A stretch of DNA of 64,000 bases, taken from assembly GCA_963803705.1 (NCBI GenBank), contig CAWDNU010000001.1, forward strand, positions 646,785 to 710,784, given 5' to 3'. Below the pieces are notes generated by a model. The model saw only the letters and a program-made list of their open reading frames with translations. It did not search any database and had not been told where the DNA came from. Below are positions 1-10,965 of the stretch, piece after piece; position 1 is the stretch's first letter, and every line of letters begins with the position of its first letter. This DNA comes from an uncultured Pseudobdellovibrionaceae bacterium (lineage in GTDB: Bacteria > Bdellovibrionota > Bdellovibrionia > Bdellovibrionales > UBA1609). Both the position numbers and the translations under genes were made by a program.

Positions 1-2
1 AA

Positions 3-113
3 GATTTTATCAAAATCAAAAGGCTTAAGGTTGATTTGGATAATGTATACTTTACTACACAAAAACTAATTTTAAGTGAGAAATTTTTAGAGAAGCTTAA
101 AAAATATACTTAA
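3..113 (+). CDS. Probable 3' end of a gene entering from the left edge
   Basis: Open frame DFIKIKRLKV...KLKKYT* from the window start to TAA at 111-113; no recognisable motif. Confidence 0.3.
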   Translation, partial: DFIKIKRLKVDLDNVYFTTQKLILSEKFLEKLKKYT

Positions 114-164
114 ATTTGTTGAATATGCAGGCCCATCGGTTACCATAAGTTTAATTTTAAGCTT

Positions 165-1244
165 TTGAAAGAGGTGGACGTGTTTTTTAAAGCGACATTT
201 AAAGTGTATTTTTGTCTACTTCTTACACTTTTGTTATTTACAGTTTCCTGCCAAATGAGTAAAAAAAAACGTAAATTTATAAAATCTAAAACGAAGATAG
301 ATAATCCCTATAAAATCCAGGATGTTTCCCATCAGACCGGCGAAGAAGAAAGCGGATTCCACGACTCTGGACCAACTGTCGTTGAACCTTCTTCGAAGAA
401 ATCCAAAGCAGTTCAAAAGAAGACTGAAGTCAAAGTAAAAGCACCTTCTAAGGTGACAAGTAAAAAAATACCAAAAGGAAAAAACTTGTCTGATAAAATA
501 TCTAGTAAAGAAGCTTTTAAAAAAGAAAGCGCAGAACTAGCAAAACTGTATCCCTTTAAAGTAGGAGAAAAGATAGTATACAAAGTAAGATATTTTGCTT
601 TTGAAGCAGGTTATTTTACGTTTGAGGTTAAGCCACCTAAGGTGATCCAAAATCGGCCAGTCTTCCACTTTTATGTGTCAGCCAGAACATCTAGTATTTT
701 CGCATGGGTTTATACTCTTAAGGATTTTGCAGAGTCATTCTGGGATATGAAGCTGAAGCGCCCCTACCTAATGAAAATTTATGGTGAAGAAAGTAGGTAT
801 ATTAGAGAAGTACAAACTGCTTTTGATTGGAAAAAAAAAGAGGCCAGGTACCAGGCCAAAATTTTTGAAGTTGGAAAGGGTATGGATGAAGAAGATAAAA
901 AGTGGACTCTAGATCATCCAGAGGCACAGGATATAGTATCCGCTTTGTACTTTTTAAGAACTAAGAAGCTTGAAGTCGGCAAAACTTTCGATTTCAGGGT
1001 GGCAGAAAAAGGCAAAGATATTCTTGTTCGTGCTAAGGTAGTAAAGGAAAAACTGCTTAGCACCAAACTTGGGAAACTAATGACTTTTGTAGTTCAACCA
1101 AAATTTGCTGTAGATGGCGCTTGGAAGCAAAAGGGTGATATAACAATCTGGTTAACTAAAGATGAGTATCAAACCCCAGTACAGTTTGAAGCTAAGATTA
1201 AGATTGGAACTATCAGGGGCCGCCTACACTCTTTGACACATTGA
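165..1244 (+). CDS. DUF3108-family lipoprotein
   Basis: Lipobox-like TVSC, Lys-rich linker, then PFKVGEKIVYKV...QDIVSALYFLR...IWLTKD..PVQ pattern typical of DUF3108; true start may be GTG 180 after GAGG. Confidence 0.7.
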   Translation: MKEVDVFFKATFKVYFCLLLTLLLFTVSCQMSKKKRKFIKSKTKIDNPYKIQDVSHQTGEEESGFHDSGPTVVEPSSKKSKAVQKKTEVKVKAPSKVTSKKIPKGKNLSDKISSKEAFKKESAELAKLYPFKVGEKIVYKVRYFAFEAGYFTFEVKPPKVIQNRPVFHFYVSARTSSIFAWVYTLKDFAESFWDMKLKRPYLMKIYGEESRYIREVQTAFDWKKKEARYQAKIFEVGKGMDEEDKKWTLDHPEAQDIVSALYFLRTKKLEVGKTFDFRVAEKGKDILVRAKVVKEKLLSTKLGKLMTFVVQPKFAVDGAWKQKGDITIWLTKDEYQTPVQFEAKIKIGTIRGRLHSLTH

Positions 1245-1409
1245 GAACAAATAGCTTAAAACATTTACAATTTTCGTAAGTTTCAAAATCTAATATCAAA
1301 TATTAAACTAAAGTCTGTAATTCGACTAGACTATGGTCTGTGTTTCAGGACCAAGACTAGTTGTTTGTCTGGAAGTCTCCGAAAGGTTTTTTGTAAAAGG
1401 GGATTGAAG

Positions 1410-2456
1410 ATGACAAAAATAAATATTCTTAAAATCTTGATGTTTGGTCTTTTGGCTAGTTGTGCAGATTCAGGTAAAGAGTTTTCATCAGTACAAAGTG
1501 ACATAGTACAAAGTTCTGCAAGCTTCAATCAGTCTGCTATTAAAAAGAAAGTAGATATTCTGTTTGTGGTGGACAACTCAACAAGCATGGTTCGAGATCA
1601 ACAAGTGATCGGAGCTCAATTTAGAAATTTCATATCTAATATTTCAGAGGCAGATTTTCGAATTGGTTTTATAAACACTGATGTAAGTACGCCAGGATAT
1701 GAAAATGTTCAGGGATTTTTTGGAAATCTTAGACGTGTTGGTTCCAGTGGTCGAGTTTACATTGATTCGAATTCACCTAATCCTTCACAACTTTTTAATG
1801 ATGCAATCACTCTGCAGGCAAAAGCTCCTTGTCCAGGGTTCACTGGTGAGTGCCATGAAGAGCCTATGCGTGCTGTAACTATGGCCTTACAAAAGCGATA
1901 CACTGCTAATGCTGGCTTCTTTAGAGATGATGCTACCTTTGTCTCTATCATTATTACCGATGAAGATGAATACAGTTCTGGCGGAGCAAAAGCTTTAAAA
2001 CCAGCGCAGCTTGTTCAGTTTCTTAATAGTGCGAATAGCAAGGGTGTGATCGATGGCGTCTCAATGTTTGTGATCGCAATCCCACCAACAGACAACGACT
2101 GTTATCAGGCTCAAAGAAGAGCAAGCGTCAGTGGTAATGGTGCTTACCCAGCTGGTCTACTTTGGACACTACAAAATTACATAGAGGGATTCAATGTCAG
2201 CATTTGTGATCCAAATATGGGTAGGGAAATGGCGCGGATCAGCGAATACGTAAAAACAAGATTACTTTTTAAAAGCGTCCAATTGAATCCACCACCAGTT
2301 AGCAAGAGAAACATGAAAGTGGTTGTCCGTGATAAGTTTGGTATTGAACTGAATATAAAATGGAAATTGGTTTCAGGAAGTGTGATCACTTTTGAACCGA
2401 CACCACCTGCAGATAGTTCGATAACAGTTACATATGAAAAAAAGAGAAATGATTAG
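1410..2456 (+). CDS. VWA/MIDAS-domain lipoprotein (putative adhesin)
   Basis: Lipobox LLASC; MIDAS DILFVVDNSTSM; FFRDDA..IIITDEDE; Cys pairs; ATG 1410 follows AGGGG. Confidence 0.75.
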   Translation: MTKINILKILMFGLLASCADSGKEFSSVQSDIVQSSASFNQSAIKKKVDILFVVDNSTSMVRDQQVIGAQFRNFISNISEADFRIGFINTDVSTPGYENVQGFFGNLRRVGSSGRVYIDSNSPNPSQLFNDAITLQAKAPCPGFTGECHEEPMRAVTMALQKRYTANAGFFRDDATFVSIIITDEDEYSSGGAKALKPAQLVQFLNSANSKGVIDGVSMFVIAIPPTDNDCYQAQRRASVSGNGAYPAGLLWTLQNYIEGFNVSICDPNMGREMARISEYVKTRLLFKSVQLNPPPVSKRNMKVVVRDKFGIELNIKWKLVSGSVITFEPTPPADSSITVTYEKKRND

Positions 2457-2554
2457 AAGTTATTTAAAAAATTTTACAACTCTTAATGTTCTTTAAATTT
2501 TCTAGATATTTAAAGAACATTAAGAATTGTAAATTTTTTTTAATACGCCCTAAT

Positions 2555-3964
2555 TTAAAGATTTTTAACATCAATATTATACTTTTTAATTTTTCTAAGT
2601 AGCGTGTTTTTTGGAATATTTGCACTTGCAACAGTCTTATTGATTCGACCATTGTTTGCTTTAAGAGCCGCTAGAATAAATTCCTTTTCCATTTCTTCTT
2701 TGAAGACATCAAACTGAAGAGGACCATTATAAATCGCAGAGTTATCTATGTTGATCTCGGTTTTTTGATTTTTTAGTATAATTTCTGGAACATCTTGAGC
2801 AGTTATCCAGTCCCTGTTTGTTAGTATGAAAATGCGTTCAATCGTATTTTCAAGCTCCCTAATATTACCGGGCCAGGGATACTTCTTTAAAGTCTCAATA
2901 GCTTCTGGAGCGAAACCTCTAATATCCTTATTCAATTTTTTATTTAATTTTAGAACAAAGTGATTGATGAAGTTTTCAATGTCTCCGATCCGCTCACGTA
3001 ATGGAGGCAAAAAAATAGGCATTACATTCAACCTGTAAAATAAGTCTTCACGGAAGCGCTTTTCCTCAATCATCTTTTCTAAATTTTGATTTGTGGCAGC
3101 TAAAATTCTTGCATTTGTTTTGATTTCACGGTTACTTCCTACCGGAAGAAATTTTTTTTCTTGTAGAACCCGCAGTAACTTGACTTGCATCTCTGGTTTA
3201 AGCTCAGCAATTTCATCTAGAAAAATGGTACCATCGTTAGCCCACTGAAACTTACCTATTTTTCTTTCGTTAGCTCCAGTAAAGCTTCCTTTTTCGTGAC
3301 CAAATAGTTCGCTTTCCATCAAGCTCTCTGGAATGGCGCCACAGTTTATAGCCACAAATTTACCAGATTTTCTTGAAGAGTATGAATGTATGGCTCTTGC
3401 AACCATTTCTTTACCAGTGCCGTTTTCTCCTCGTATCAACACAGTCGTGTCGACATTAGTAAGCTTGTGAACAAGACTAAAAATTTCTTTCATTTTAGAG
3501 GTCGAACCAACAATTTCAGACTCTACATCGTCATCAAAAATTGGTAAATTAATTTTCAGATTGGAAACCATCTGTCTAGCCTGGTGAGCTTCATTGACAA
3601 GTTTGATAAGATCGTTAGGTTCTACTGGCTTTTCTAAGTAATCGTAAGCGCCAGATTTGATAGCTCTTACGGCATCATTTAAATTGCTATGTGCTGTCAT
3701 TATTAGAATACAAATCTCTGGATTCTGGAATTTTACCTTTTCAAGTGCAGTTAACCCATCCATTTCAGGCATTTTAACATCCATCAAAATAAAGTCGTAA
3801 TCAGTTTTTGAAGACGCGATTGCATTTAAAGCTTCAGTTCCATTATGAGCTTCTGAAACTTCAAAATTAATGTTGTCAAAAGAGTTTTCAAAGATAGACT
3901 TTACTGAATTTCTCAATTCATCTTCATCGTCTACGATCAAAACTTTTAAAGTGACTTTATCCAA
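2555..3964 (-). CDS. Sigma54-dependent NtrC/AtoC-family response regulator
   Basis: Receiver domain (VDDE, MDVKMP), GENGTGKE, ELFGHEKGSFTGA, WPGNIRELEN, C-terminal HTH. Confidence 0.93.
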   Translation of the reverse strand: MDKVTLKVLIVDDEDELRNSVKSIFENSFDNINFEVSEAHNGTEALNAIASSKTDYDFILMDVKMPEMDGLTALEKVKFQNPEICILIMTAHSNLNDAVRAIKSGAYDYLEKPVEPNDLIKLVNEAHQARQMVSNLKINLPIFDDDVESEIVGSTSKMKEIFSLVHKLTNVDTTVLIRGENGTGKEMVARAIHSYSSRKSGKFVAINCGAIPESLMESELFGHEKGSFTGANERKIGKFQWANDGTIFLDEIAELKPEMQVKLLRVLQEKKFLPVGSNREIKTNARILAATNQNLEKMIEEKRFREDLFYRLNVMPIFLPPLRERIGDIENFINHFVLKLNKKLNKDIRGFAPEAIETLKKYPWPGNIRELENTIERIFILTNRDWITAQDVPEIILKNQKTEINIDNSAIYNGPLQFDVFKEEMEKEFILAALKANNGRINKTVASANIPKNTLLRKIKKYNIDVKNL

Positions 3965-4027
3965 ACTCGTCCTCGTACTAGATATGATATTTAGTCATAA
4001 CTAATCATTCTCGCAATTACAATATGA

Positions 4028-5884
4028 TTATGAAACAGAGTCGGTAGGAAGCTTTACAACAACCTTAGTGCCTGAATCAATTTTGCTTTCAATATTAATG
4101 TATCCATTATGGAGCTCTATAAAGTATTTTACTAAAAACAAGCCCAGACCAGTGCCTTGGGTAGATGTAGAATTTTCACTTCTGTAGAACTTTTCAAAAA
4201 CTAAGCTTAAATGTTCTTCTTTAATACCAATGCCTTGGTCAATAACTTCTATATTTACAAAATTGTCTTCTTCAAAAGATTTTATTTCCACGCAAGTGTC
4301 AGGCTTTGAGTATTTAACAGCATTTTCTACAATGTTAATTATTATTTCTTGGACAAGAGTTTTATCAGCCTCTATCAAAAACATGGGCTCTAGAGTAGTT
4401 TTAAAACTAATACGTTTTTCAGCAGCGAAAGGCTTTAACTGCTGGCAGGCTTTGTCGATTAGCTCGTTAATATCAATTGGCTTTTTAACAATGCTAAAAT
4501 CCTTGGACTCTATTTTCAGTAAATTTAAAATAGATTTTATGTATCTGTCTAGCAGCTTACTTTCTTGATAAATTGAATTCAGTTCCTCAGATAGCTTATT
4601 GGTTGCATTTAAAGAATAATCAGATCTGACCCTGTTGATAACGGATTGTATCTTCGCCAAAGGCGTTTTTAAGTCGTGGCTAATTAAACTGACAAAATTT
4701 GTCTTGAGCTCTTCTAAAGATTTAAAATATTCTTGTTCTTTTTGCATCTGCCAAACATTTTTTTCTTTATCAAAAAGCATTTGGCTAATGACTATAACAT
4801 AACTTAAAAATATGCTTGCTAAAGCTGTAATCAGAGGCGTCCATAAATAGTAAATATCGAATAAAAGAATTGAAACTGAAACTGTTATAAAACTCACGCT
4901 AAATAAAAGTGTAACTCCGATGCCTTGTGGGAAACTTAAAATTATAAGTACACAAATTATAATTAGAGGCAATAAAATAAGCGAGTAGACAAGCACTGGC
5001 CATTTGGTCACCCACCTGTCTTCGTTAACGTTATCCAAGATGTTGGCATAAATTTCGGCCCTATTCATAACGCCCAAGGGAGTTTTGATTAGGTGATCTT
5101 TGCCATATTCCGGTGCAACTATAATTGTTTTGTCTTTTAAAATTTCTGGATCAAGTGAGCCTTCAAAAACTTTAATCAACGGGTAGGACTTGAAAGTACC
5201 TGCGGGTCCTCGGAAATTTATAAGATTATCTTTTTGGATGTTAATTACAGTAGGCCAGTTATTAGACAAGACTTCGGGTAACTGAGATATGTTCGAGGAT
5301 GAAAAATAGTAATTTCTTAAAATTCCATCATAATCGGGCCTAAGTAGGTTCACAGCGATATTTTCGTTGAAATTATCGGTGAATTTTGATGGCAGAAGTC
5401 GACCCAAATTATCTACTTCAGATGTCCAATAAGTATTAGGCATTTGAGATAACAGCCTTAAAGTGTTCCAGGAGGTGCTTAAGTTTTTTGAGAAATAGAA
5501 GTCGACTCCTATTTTTTTTACGCCCATTCTGTGAAGATTAAGAAAAACCTGTGACCAAAATTCTGAATTCCAATAGTAAGAGTCGGTGACTGGGTCTTGT
5601 CTATAGACCATGGACTTCATGTAAGAGGGCTTAAACATTTGGTCCCACTCGGCCCTCGATATGGATAGTATGACAATTTCTTTAGAAATGTCTTGAGTGC
5701 TTCTGAATACCAGTCGGTAGTCATAGTTTTTTAAACCAGCGTCAGCAATCAAGATGAAAATTGAAATAAACCAAATAACAACAATCCTCAAAAAAATAGG
5801 ACTCTTATATGATTTAAAACTTTTTTCAGTAAGTATACTAAGGCGTCCGAAGACTCGATTAACTGGATTCATATTGCAATGCAT
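4028..5884 (-). CDS. CHASE2-domain sensor histidine kinase
   Basis: N-terminal TM, IGVDFYF/PDYDGILR/INFRGP CHASE2-like motifs, three TMs, SHDLKTPL H-box, NAVKYS, GTGLGL; start uncertain. Confidence 0.85.
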   Translation of the reverse strand: MHCNMNPVNRVFGRLSILTEKSFKSYKSPIFLRIVVIWFISIFILIADAGLKNYDYRLVFRSTQDISKEIVILSISRAEWDQMFKPSYMKSMVYRQDPVTDSYYWNSEFWSQVFLNLHRMGVKKIGVDFYFSKNLSTSWNTLRLLSQMPNTYWTSEVDNLGRLLPSKFTDNFNENIAVNLLRPDYDGILRNYYFSSSNISQLPEVLSNNWPTVINIQKDNLINFRGPAGTFKSYPLIKVFEGSLDPEILKDKTIIVAPEYGKDHLIKTPLGVMNRAEIYANILDNVNEDRWVTKWPVLVYSLILLPLIIICVLIILSFPQGIGVTLLFSVSFITVSVSILLFDIYYLWTPLITALASIFLSYVIVISQMLFDKEKNVWQMQKEQEYFKSLEELKTNFVSLISHDLKTPLAKIQSVINRVRSDYSLNATNKLSEELNSIYQESKLLDRYIKSILNLLKIESKDFSIVKKPIDINELIDKACQQLKPFAAEKRISFKTTLEPMFLIEADKTLVQEIIINIVENAVKYSKPDTCVEIKSFEEDNFVNIEVIDQGIGIKEEHLSLVFEKFYRSENSTSTQGTGLGLFLVKYFIELHNGYINIESKIDSGTKVVVKLPTDSVS

Positions 5885-5933
5885 CTTCTACCAAGGCTTG
5901 ATATACAAATCAAATCCAAGCATCTTAAAAAGG

Positions 5934-6875
5934 ATGAAAATTGGTTCAAGCACACTAGACCTTCTAGAGAATCTTCAAGATGAACATGGGGTGGGTCTTA
6001 CCATAGGCAACTTCGACGGAGTTCATAAAGGGCACGCAAGCTTGCTAAAAGGTTTCGTCGAAGATTGCAAAAATTATAACTTGAAGAGCTTAGTTTTAAC
6101 CTTTGATCCCCATCCAAGGCATATTTTGAATCCTAGGGATCCCTACGCTATCCGACTTTTTTCGATAGATGATTTAGCTAAACAGATGGACAACAACGGA
6201 GTAGATTTACTATGGATTCAAAAATTTGATTTAGAATTGGCAGAGCTCACAGCTGAGTCCTTTATTAATAAATTTTTGAAGTCCATCCCCGTAAAGTTTT
6301 TGCTAGTCGGACACGATTTTAGATTTGGAAAGCAAAGAGCTGGTCGGATAGAAGATTTATTAACCTGGTGTGAAACCCAAAAGATTCCACTTAAAATTTT
6401 CTCGCCTTTCGAAGTCGACAAAGAAAGAGTCTCTTCAACTTTAATAAAGAATGCCTTATTAGATGGAAACTTAGACAAAGTTTCAAATCTCTTAGGCCGA
6501 CGATATTTTGTAGAGGGTAAAGTTGCTGAAGGATTTAAGCGTGGCCAAGGAATTGGTTTTCCCACGGCAAACTTAGATAGATCAGTCCCACTGAAAAATG
6601 GTGTTTACGCTACGGCCCTTAAATACGGAAATCGAAAATATAAGGCTATCACCAACGTGGGACTGCGCCCAACGGTTAACAACAATTTAGATTTGTGGAA
6701 TAAAAATATTGAGACCCATGTGCCTGGTCACAGTCTTGAGCTATACGGAAAGGTCATAGAAGTTGAATTTTACGAGTTCATAAGAGAAGAGATAAAATTT
6801 GAGTCTTTAGAAGATTTAAAATCACAAATAAAACTGGACCTAGGTGCTTTAGAAAAGATTAATATCATCACATAG
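5934..6875 (+). CDS. ribF: Bifunctional riboflavin kinase/FAD synthetase
   Basis: IGNFDGVHKGH, TFDPHP, VGHDFRFG, VSSTLIK, GFPTAN, NVGLRPT, ETH; start taken at ATG 5934 to avoid overlap with the divergent kinase. Confidence 0.95.
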   Translation: MKIGSSTLDLLENLQDEHGVGLTIGNFDGVHKGHASLLKGFVEDCKNYNLKSLVLTFDPHPRHILNPRDPYAIRLFSIDDLAKQMDNNGVDLLWIQKFDLELAELTAESFINKFLKSIPVKFLLVGHDFRFGKQRAGRIEDLLTWCETQKIPLKIFSPFEVDKERVSSTLIKNALLDGNLDKVSNLLGRRYFVEGKVAEGFKRGQGIGFPTANLDRSVPLKNGVYATALKYGNRKYKAITNVGLRPTVNNNLDLWNKNIETHVPGHSLELYGKVIEVEFYEFIREEIKFESLEDLKSQIKLDLGALEKINIIT

Positions 6876-6957
6876 CCCGCTACAAATCTGCTTGCTATTA
6901 CAAATAGACTATTGTCTTAAGCGTTTTTGCAAACAAAAAAACAGCTCACTTTAAGCT

Positions 6958-6984
6958 TAACTTTGCTCTGCAAGTTGACGATAT
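6958..6984 (+). promoter_or_regulatory. Sigma28/FliA-like promoter upstream of pilB
   Basis: TAAC-N15-GACGATAT vs consensus TAAA-N15-GCCGATAA, 28 nt before the pilB start. Confidence 0.45.
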
Positions 6985-7012
6985 AAACTTAATAAAAGCT
7001 TAAGAGGTTCGT

Positions 7013-8723
7013 TTGAAAAACGGTATTGAGAGGGTTATTTTAGAGAATAAGATTATGACGGCTGAAGAGGTCGGGATAATTCGTACAGACGCCGAACACT
7101 CTAAGCGAAGCTTTATGTCTGCAATTATAAATTCGGGCAAAGTTACAGAAGATCAACTAGTTGATATGATGGCTAAGCGTTTTAAAATACAAAAGATTGA
7201 TCTGGATAAATTTAAAATTGACCCCGCAATCATCGCTCTTTTGCCGCCTCAGGTTTGTCGAAAATATAAAGTGATGCCAGTTGCAAGAACAAAATCTAGA
7301 AAACTTGTAGTGGCCTTTAGTGATCCTGGCAACCATTTCGCTTTGGATGACATAAGAATGATTGCCCAGATGCAAATAGAAATTGTTGTTGCTTCCGAAA
7401 TGGCGATTGAATCTGCTATTAAAAGATATTACATTCCAAAATCTTCTGATATTTCACAGATGATTAAAGACATGGCCACTGATTCCTCTGAAGGTGTAAA
7501 AGTTATAAAAGACGCAGTGGCAATTGACGATATCAAAGCTTCTGCCAGTGATGGTCCTGTTATAAACTTTATCAATAGAATGTTAGCTGAAGCTATACAA
7601 TCGGGAGTCTCCGACATCCACATTGAGCCTTACGAGAAGAGATTGAGAGTTAGGTTTAGGCTTGACGGTACTTTGACTGAGAAGGTTCAGCCTCCTCAGA
7701 ATGCAGCCTCTGCTCTGATCAGTAGAATTAAAATCATGAGCAAATTAGATATTGCTGAAAGACGGCGCCCTCAAGATGGTCGTTTAAAAGTTAAGCTTGC
7801 GGAAGGAAAGGAAGTTGATTTTCGAGTCAGCATTATCCCTACTCTGTTTGGAGAAAAAGCTGTACTTCGTATTCTAGATAAATCAAATTTGAACGTAGAT
7901 ATAAAGACAATTGGATTTAACCCCAAAGATCTTCCAGTGGTTCAAGAGATTATATCGCGACCTCAGGGGCTAGTTTTAGTTACAGGTCCTACCGGAAGCG
8001 GGAAAACCACAACTCTGTATTCTTTTTTAGATGCTATGAATACGCCAGATAAGAATATTTCCACAGCTGAAGATCCTGTAGAGTTTAACGTTGATGGGAT
8101 CAATCAGATTCAAGTCCATCCAGACATTGGTTTTGACTTCTCAGCAGCCCTGAGAAGCTTTTTAAGGCAAGATCCAGACATCATAATGGTGGGTGAGATT
8201 CGGGATTTAGAAACTGCTAAAATTGCATTTAAAGCGGCTTCAACGGGTCACTTGTGCTTTCTACTCTGCATACCAATGATTCTATAGCTACGATTTCAAG
8301 AATCATGGACATGGGTATTCCTAGTTATGTCGTTGCAGAGACGATTTCTTTAGTTATTGCACAACGGTTAATGAAGAAGAACTGTTCGAACTGTGTAGAA
8401 ACAGTTGAGATTCCTGACGAAAATTTGCTGCAAATCGGCGCAAAGCCAGAAAATTTGCGTAAGTTTCAAAACTTAAAGCGTGGTCGAGGTTGTGGTTCAT
8501 GCAATCATACTGGTTTGAGAGGTCGAATTCCAATTTTTGAGATTTTACGCATGACAAGCGAGGTTAGAAATTCAATACTAAAGTCTGACTCGCCTGTGGA
8601 CATGAAGAAGAAGGCTATTGCAGACGGTAATTTTGTATCACTGAGAATGTCAGCTCTAGATCGCTTATGAATGGAATCACCACAGTCGAGCAAGTTTTAA
8701 ACAGCTCGGTGAATGATGAATAG
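7013..8723 (+). CDS. pilB: Type IV-A pilus assembly ATPase, two apparent frameshifts (~8254, ~8665)
   Basis: N-terminal GSPII-E-like domain, SDIHIEP, GPTGSGKTT, LRQDPD; one extra G at CACTTGTGCTT restores HLVLSTLHTND; Cys4 zinc motif; third frame gives MNGITTVEQV...DE* ending 8723. Confidence 0.92.
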
Positions 8724-9743
8724 AAGTTAAAGTATTTATAGATAAATTTTTAGAGTCTGAAGATATTAGAAGCGTTCTGTCTTACGCCTCATTCTGCCAT
8801 TGCTTTTAAGTCTACAAATGAGATAGAGCTGATTGGCGAACCAGTAAGCCCCAAGGGGTCTATAAATTTTTTCCAATTCTTTCTGGGGGAAGAGGTCTAC
8901 GTGAAATTAAAGCTGAAACATATATTATCCAAGAATTGCATTGAGGTCAGGTAATTTCTGTAGATGGGTTTTTATCGCAGCGGGGGATTACGTTTGCGTT
9001 GACAAAAAAAGAGACCCTCAAAACAAATATGGAAGATTATCCACAAATTATTTCTAATTTTATGACGTAATCAAGTTCGGACTAGTGATTGGAGTCCATC
9101 AGAAAACGGCCCAAATCACTCGAGTTGAACGAGATCTTGTTGGCAAGAAATTAAAGGCAAAACCAATTTCATGTTTGTACTTTAGAGACCCTAACGAGCT
9201 TACCATTTTTTAATCAAGAAGTCTTTTGTAGTAAATGTAGAAAAGTCTGAAGACAAAAATATCTAATTTGCTATTATCGAAGATGTAATCTGGTTAGATA
9301 TGGTGCAATTGAAACTGTAGATGATATCGAAACAGTTAAATTCTTATCTGTAGGTCAGGTAGCTTTGTATAGCACATGTTCACGGCGTAAGGTTTCTGAT
9401 GCTTTGTTGGATTGCAGTCCTTGCTTGTAGATTGGGAATCAAAATATTTCTGAGTCAGTCTTAGTAGGTTTTTATTCATTTTTAAACTGGACTAACGATA
9501 GAACATAAGTTATGCATTTGAGGCTTATCCGTTTGGTCCAGAAGCCAAATCGACTTTCATACTTTGAATCTTCTGAAGAATTCTTTAAGTTTTTTGAAAA
9601 AGATTTTAAAAATAATGGTCTAAGTTTTTCCCAAAGTTTACATACTAAAGTGTTGAAAAGGTCCATAGACTATAAGAAAAGCATTTGAACTTGCCCCTGA
9701 TCCAAGCGATCTTGATTATATACTGAAGAAATCAGGTATATAG
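8716..9743 (+). pseudogene. pilT: Fragmented, divergent PilT-like gene (true pseudogene or assembly-error zone)
   Basis: Occupies the pilT slot between pilB and pilC; frame fragments LTPHSAIAFK, GFLSQRGITFAL, YPQIISNF, GLVIG and C-terminus GLSFSQSLHTKVLKRSIDYK/KAFELAPDPSDLDYILKKSGI* (TAG 9741-9743). Confidence 0.6.
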
Positions 9744-9758
9744 TTTTTATCGGGGAAG

Positions 9759-10965
9759 GTGGATTTGGGAAAATTTAATTATCTGGCTAAAGATGCGAGC
9801 GGCCGATTAGTTAAAGGCGTTCTAGATGTCCAGAGTTCATCCGAAGCAAGAACAGTATTAAAAAGTCAGAATTTGGCTCTGGTTTCAATTAAAGCCCAAA
9901 ATAATATTCTATCTGGATTGGGTAGGGCTTCTTGTACCCCTAAAGAATTGCAAGTTTTTAGTAGACAGTTTGCCGTTCTGATTGAATCAGGAGTGCCGAT
10001 ATTAGAGAGTCTAATGAGTATAGCCGAGGGGCAAAGCAATAAAAAATTTAAGCTGGCTCTAGAAGACATTGTTCGACAAATATCTACAGGTAAAAAACTT
10101 TCCGAAGCACTAGCACTTTATCCAGGAATTTTCGATAAACTTTATATTAATTTGGTCAGAGCAGGTGAAGAAGCTGGTGTGCTTGACGAAGTACTGGATC
10201 GATTGGCGGTCTATATAGAAAAGAGTAATGCTCTTAAATCAAAAATCACAGGAGCGCTTTGGTATCCAGTAATTACAATGGTTATTGCCATTTCTGCTAT
10301 CACAATTGTATTGGTCTTTGTGATTCCTAAATTTCAGCAGCTGTTTAATGAACAGGGTCAGTCCTTACCAGCTCTTACGCAAAAAGTTGTTAATTTAAGT
10401 GAAAGCATCCAGGCCAATTGGTACCTATACTTTGGGAGTTACAATGGCCATACCAATGCTTTTGATTCTTTCCTACAAAACTGAAAATGGTCGACAAATA
10501 ATTGATAGAATTCTAATTAAAATCCCTATCTTTGGAAGCTTGATTATAAAAAGTTGTGTTGCAAGAATGGCCAGAACTTTGTCTACGTTGCTTAAGGCAG
10601 GGGTCCAATTGGTTGAAGCGATTGATATCACTGCTGGTGTAGCTGGCAATGCAGTTTTGGAAAATGATTTAGCGACTGCAAAAAAGTCGATTATTCAAGG
10701 TCGATCATTTGTTGAGCCGTTGAAAAAATCAGTGATGATTCCGCTGATGGTGTCACAAATGATCGCCATAGGTGAGAAAACCGGTAATATCGATACAATG
10801 CTTTTGAAAGTTGCAGACTTTTACGAAGCTGAGGTCGAGACTGCAGCTGACGCACTGACCAGCTTAATAGAGCCACTGCTAATTGTTTTTCTAGGTGGAG
10901 CAGTAGGGGTTTTGGTCATCGCTATGTTTCTTCCAATATTTAATCTTGCCTCTACGGCTTTTTAA
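9759..10965 (+). CDS. pilC: Type IV pilus inner-membrane platform protein (GspF family), one frameshift ~10435
   Basis: FSRQFAVLIESGVP, RAGEEAGVLDEVLDRLA, GEKTGNID, IEPL; removing one G from TTTGGGAGTT joins ORFs 9759-10484 and 10399-10965. Confidence 0.92.

Noticed and set aside
9472..9666. Minus-strand 64-aa ORF in the pilB-pilC gap
   Set aside because: Antisense to the recognisable PilT-like C-terminal fragments
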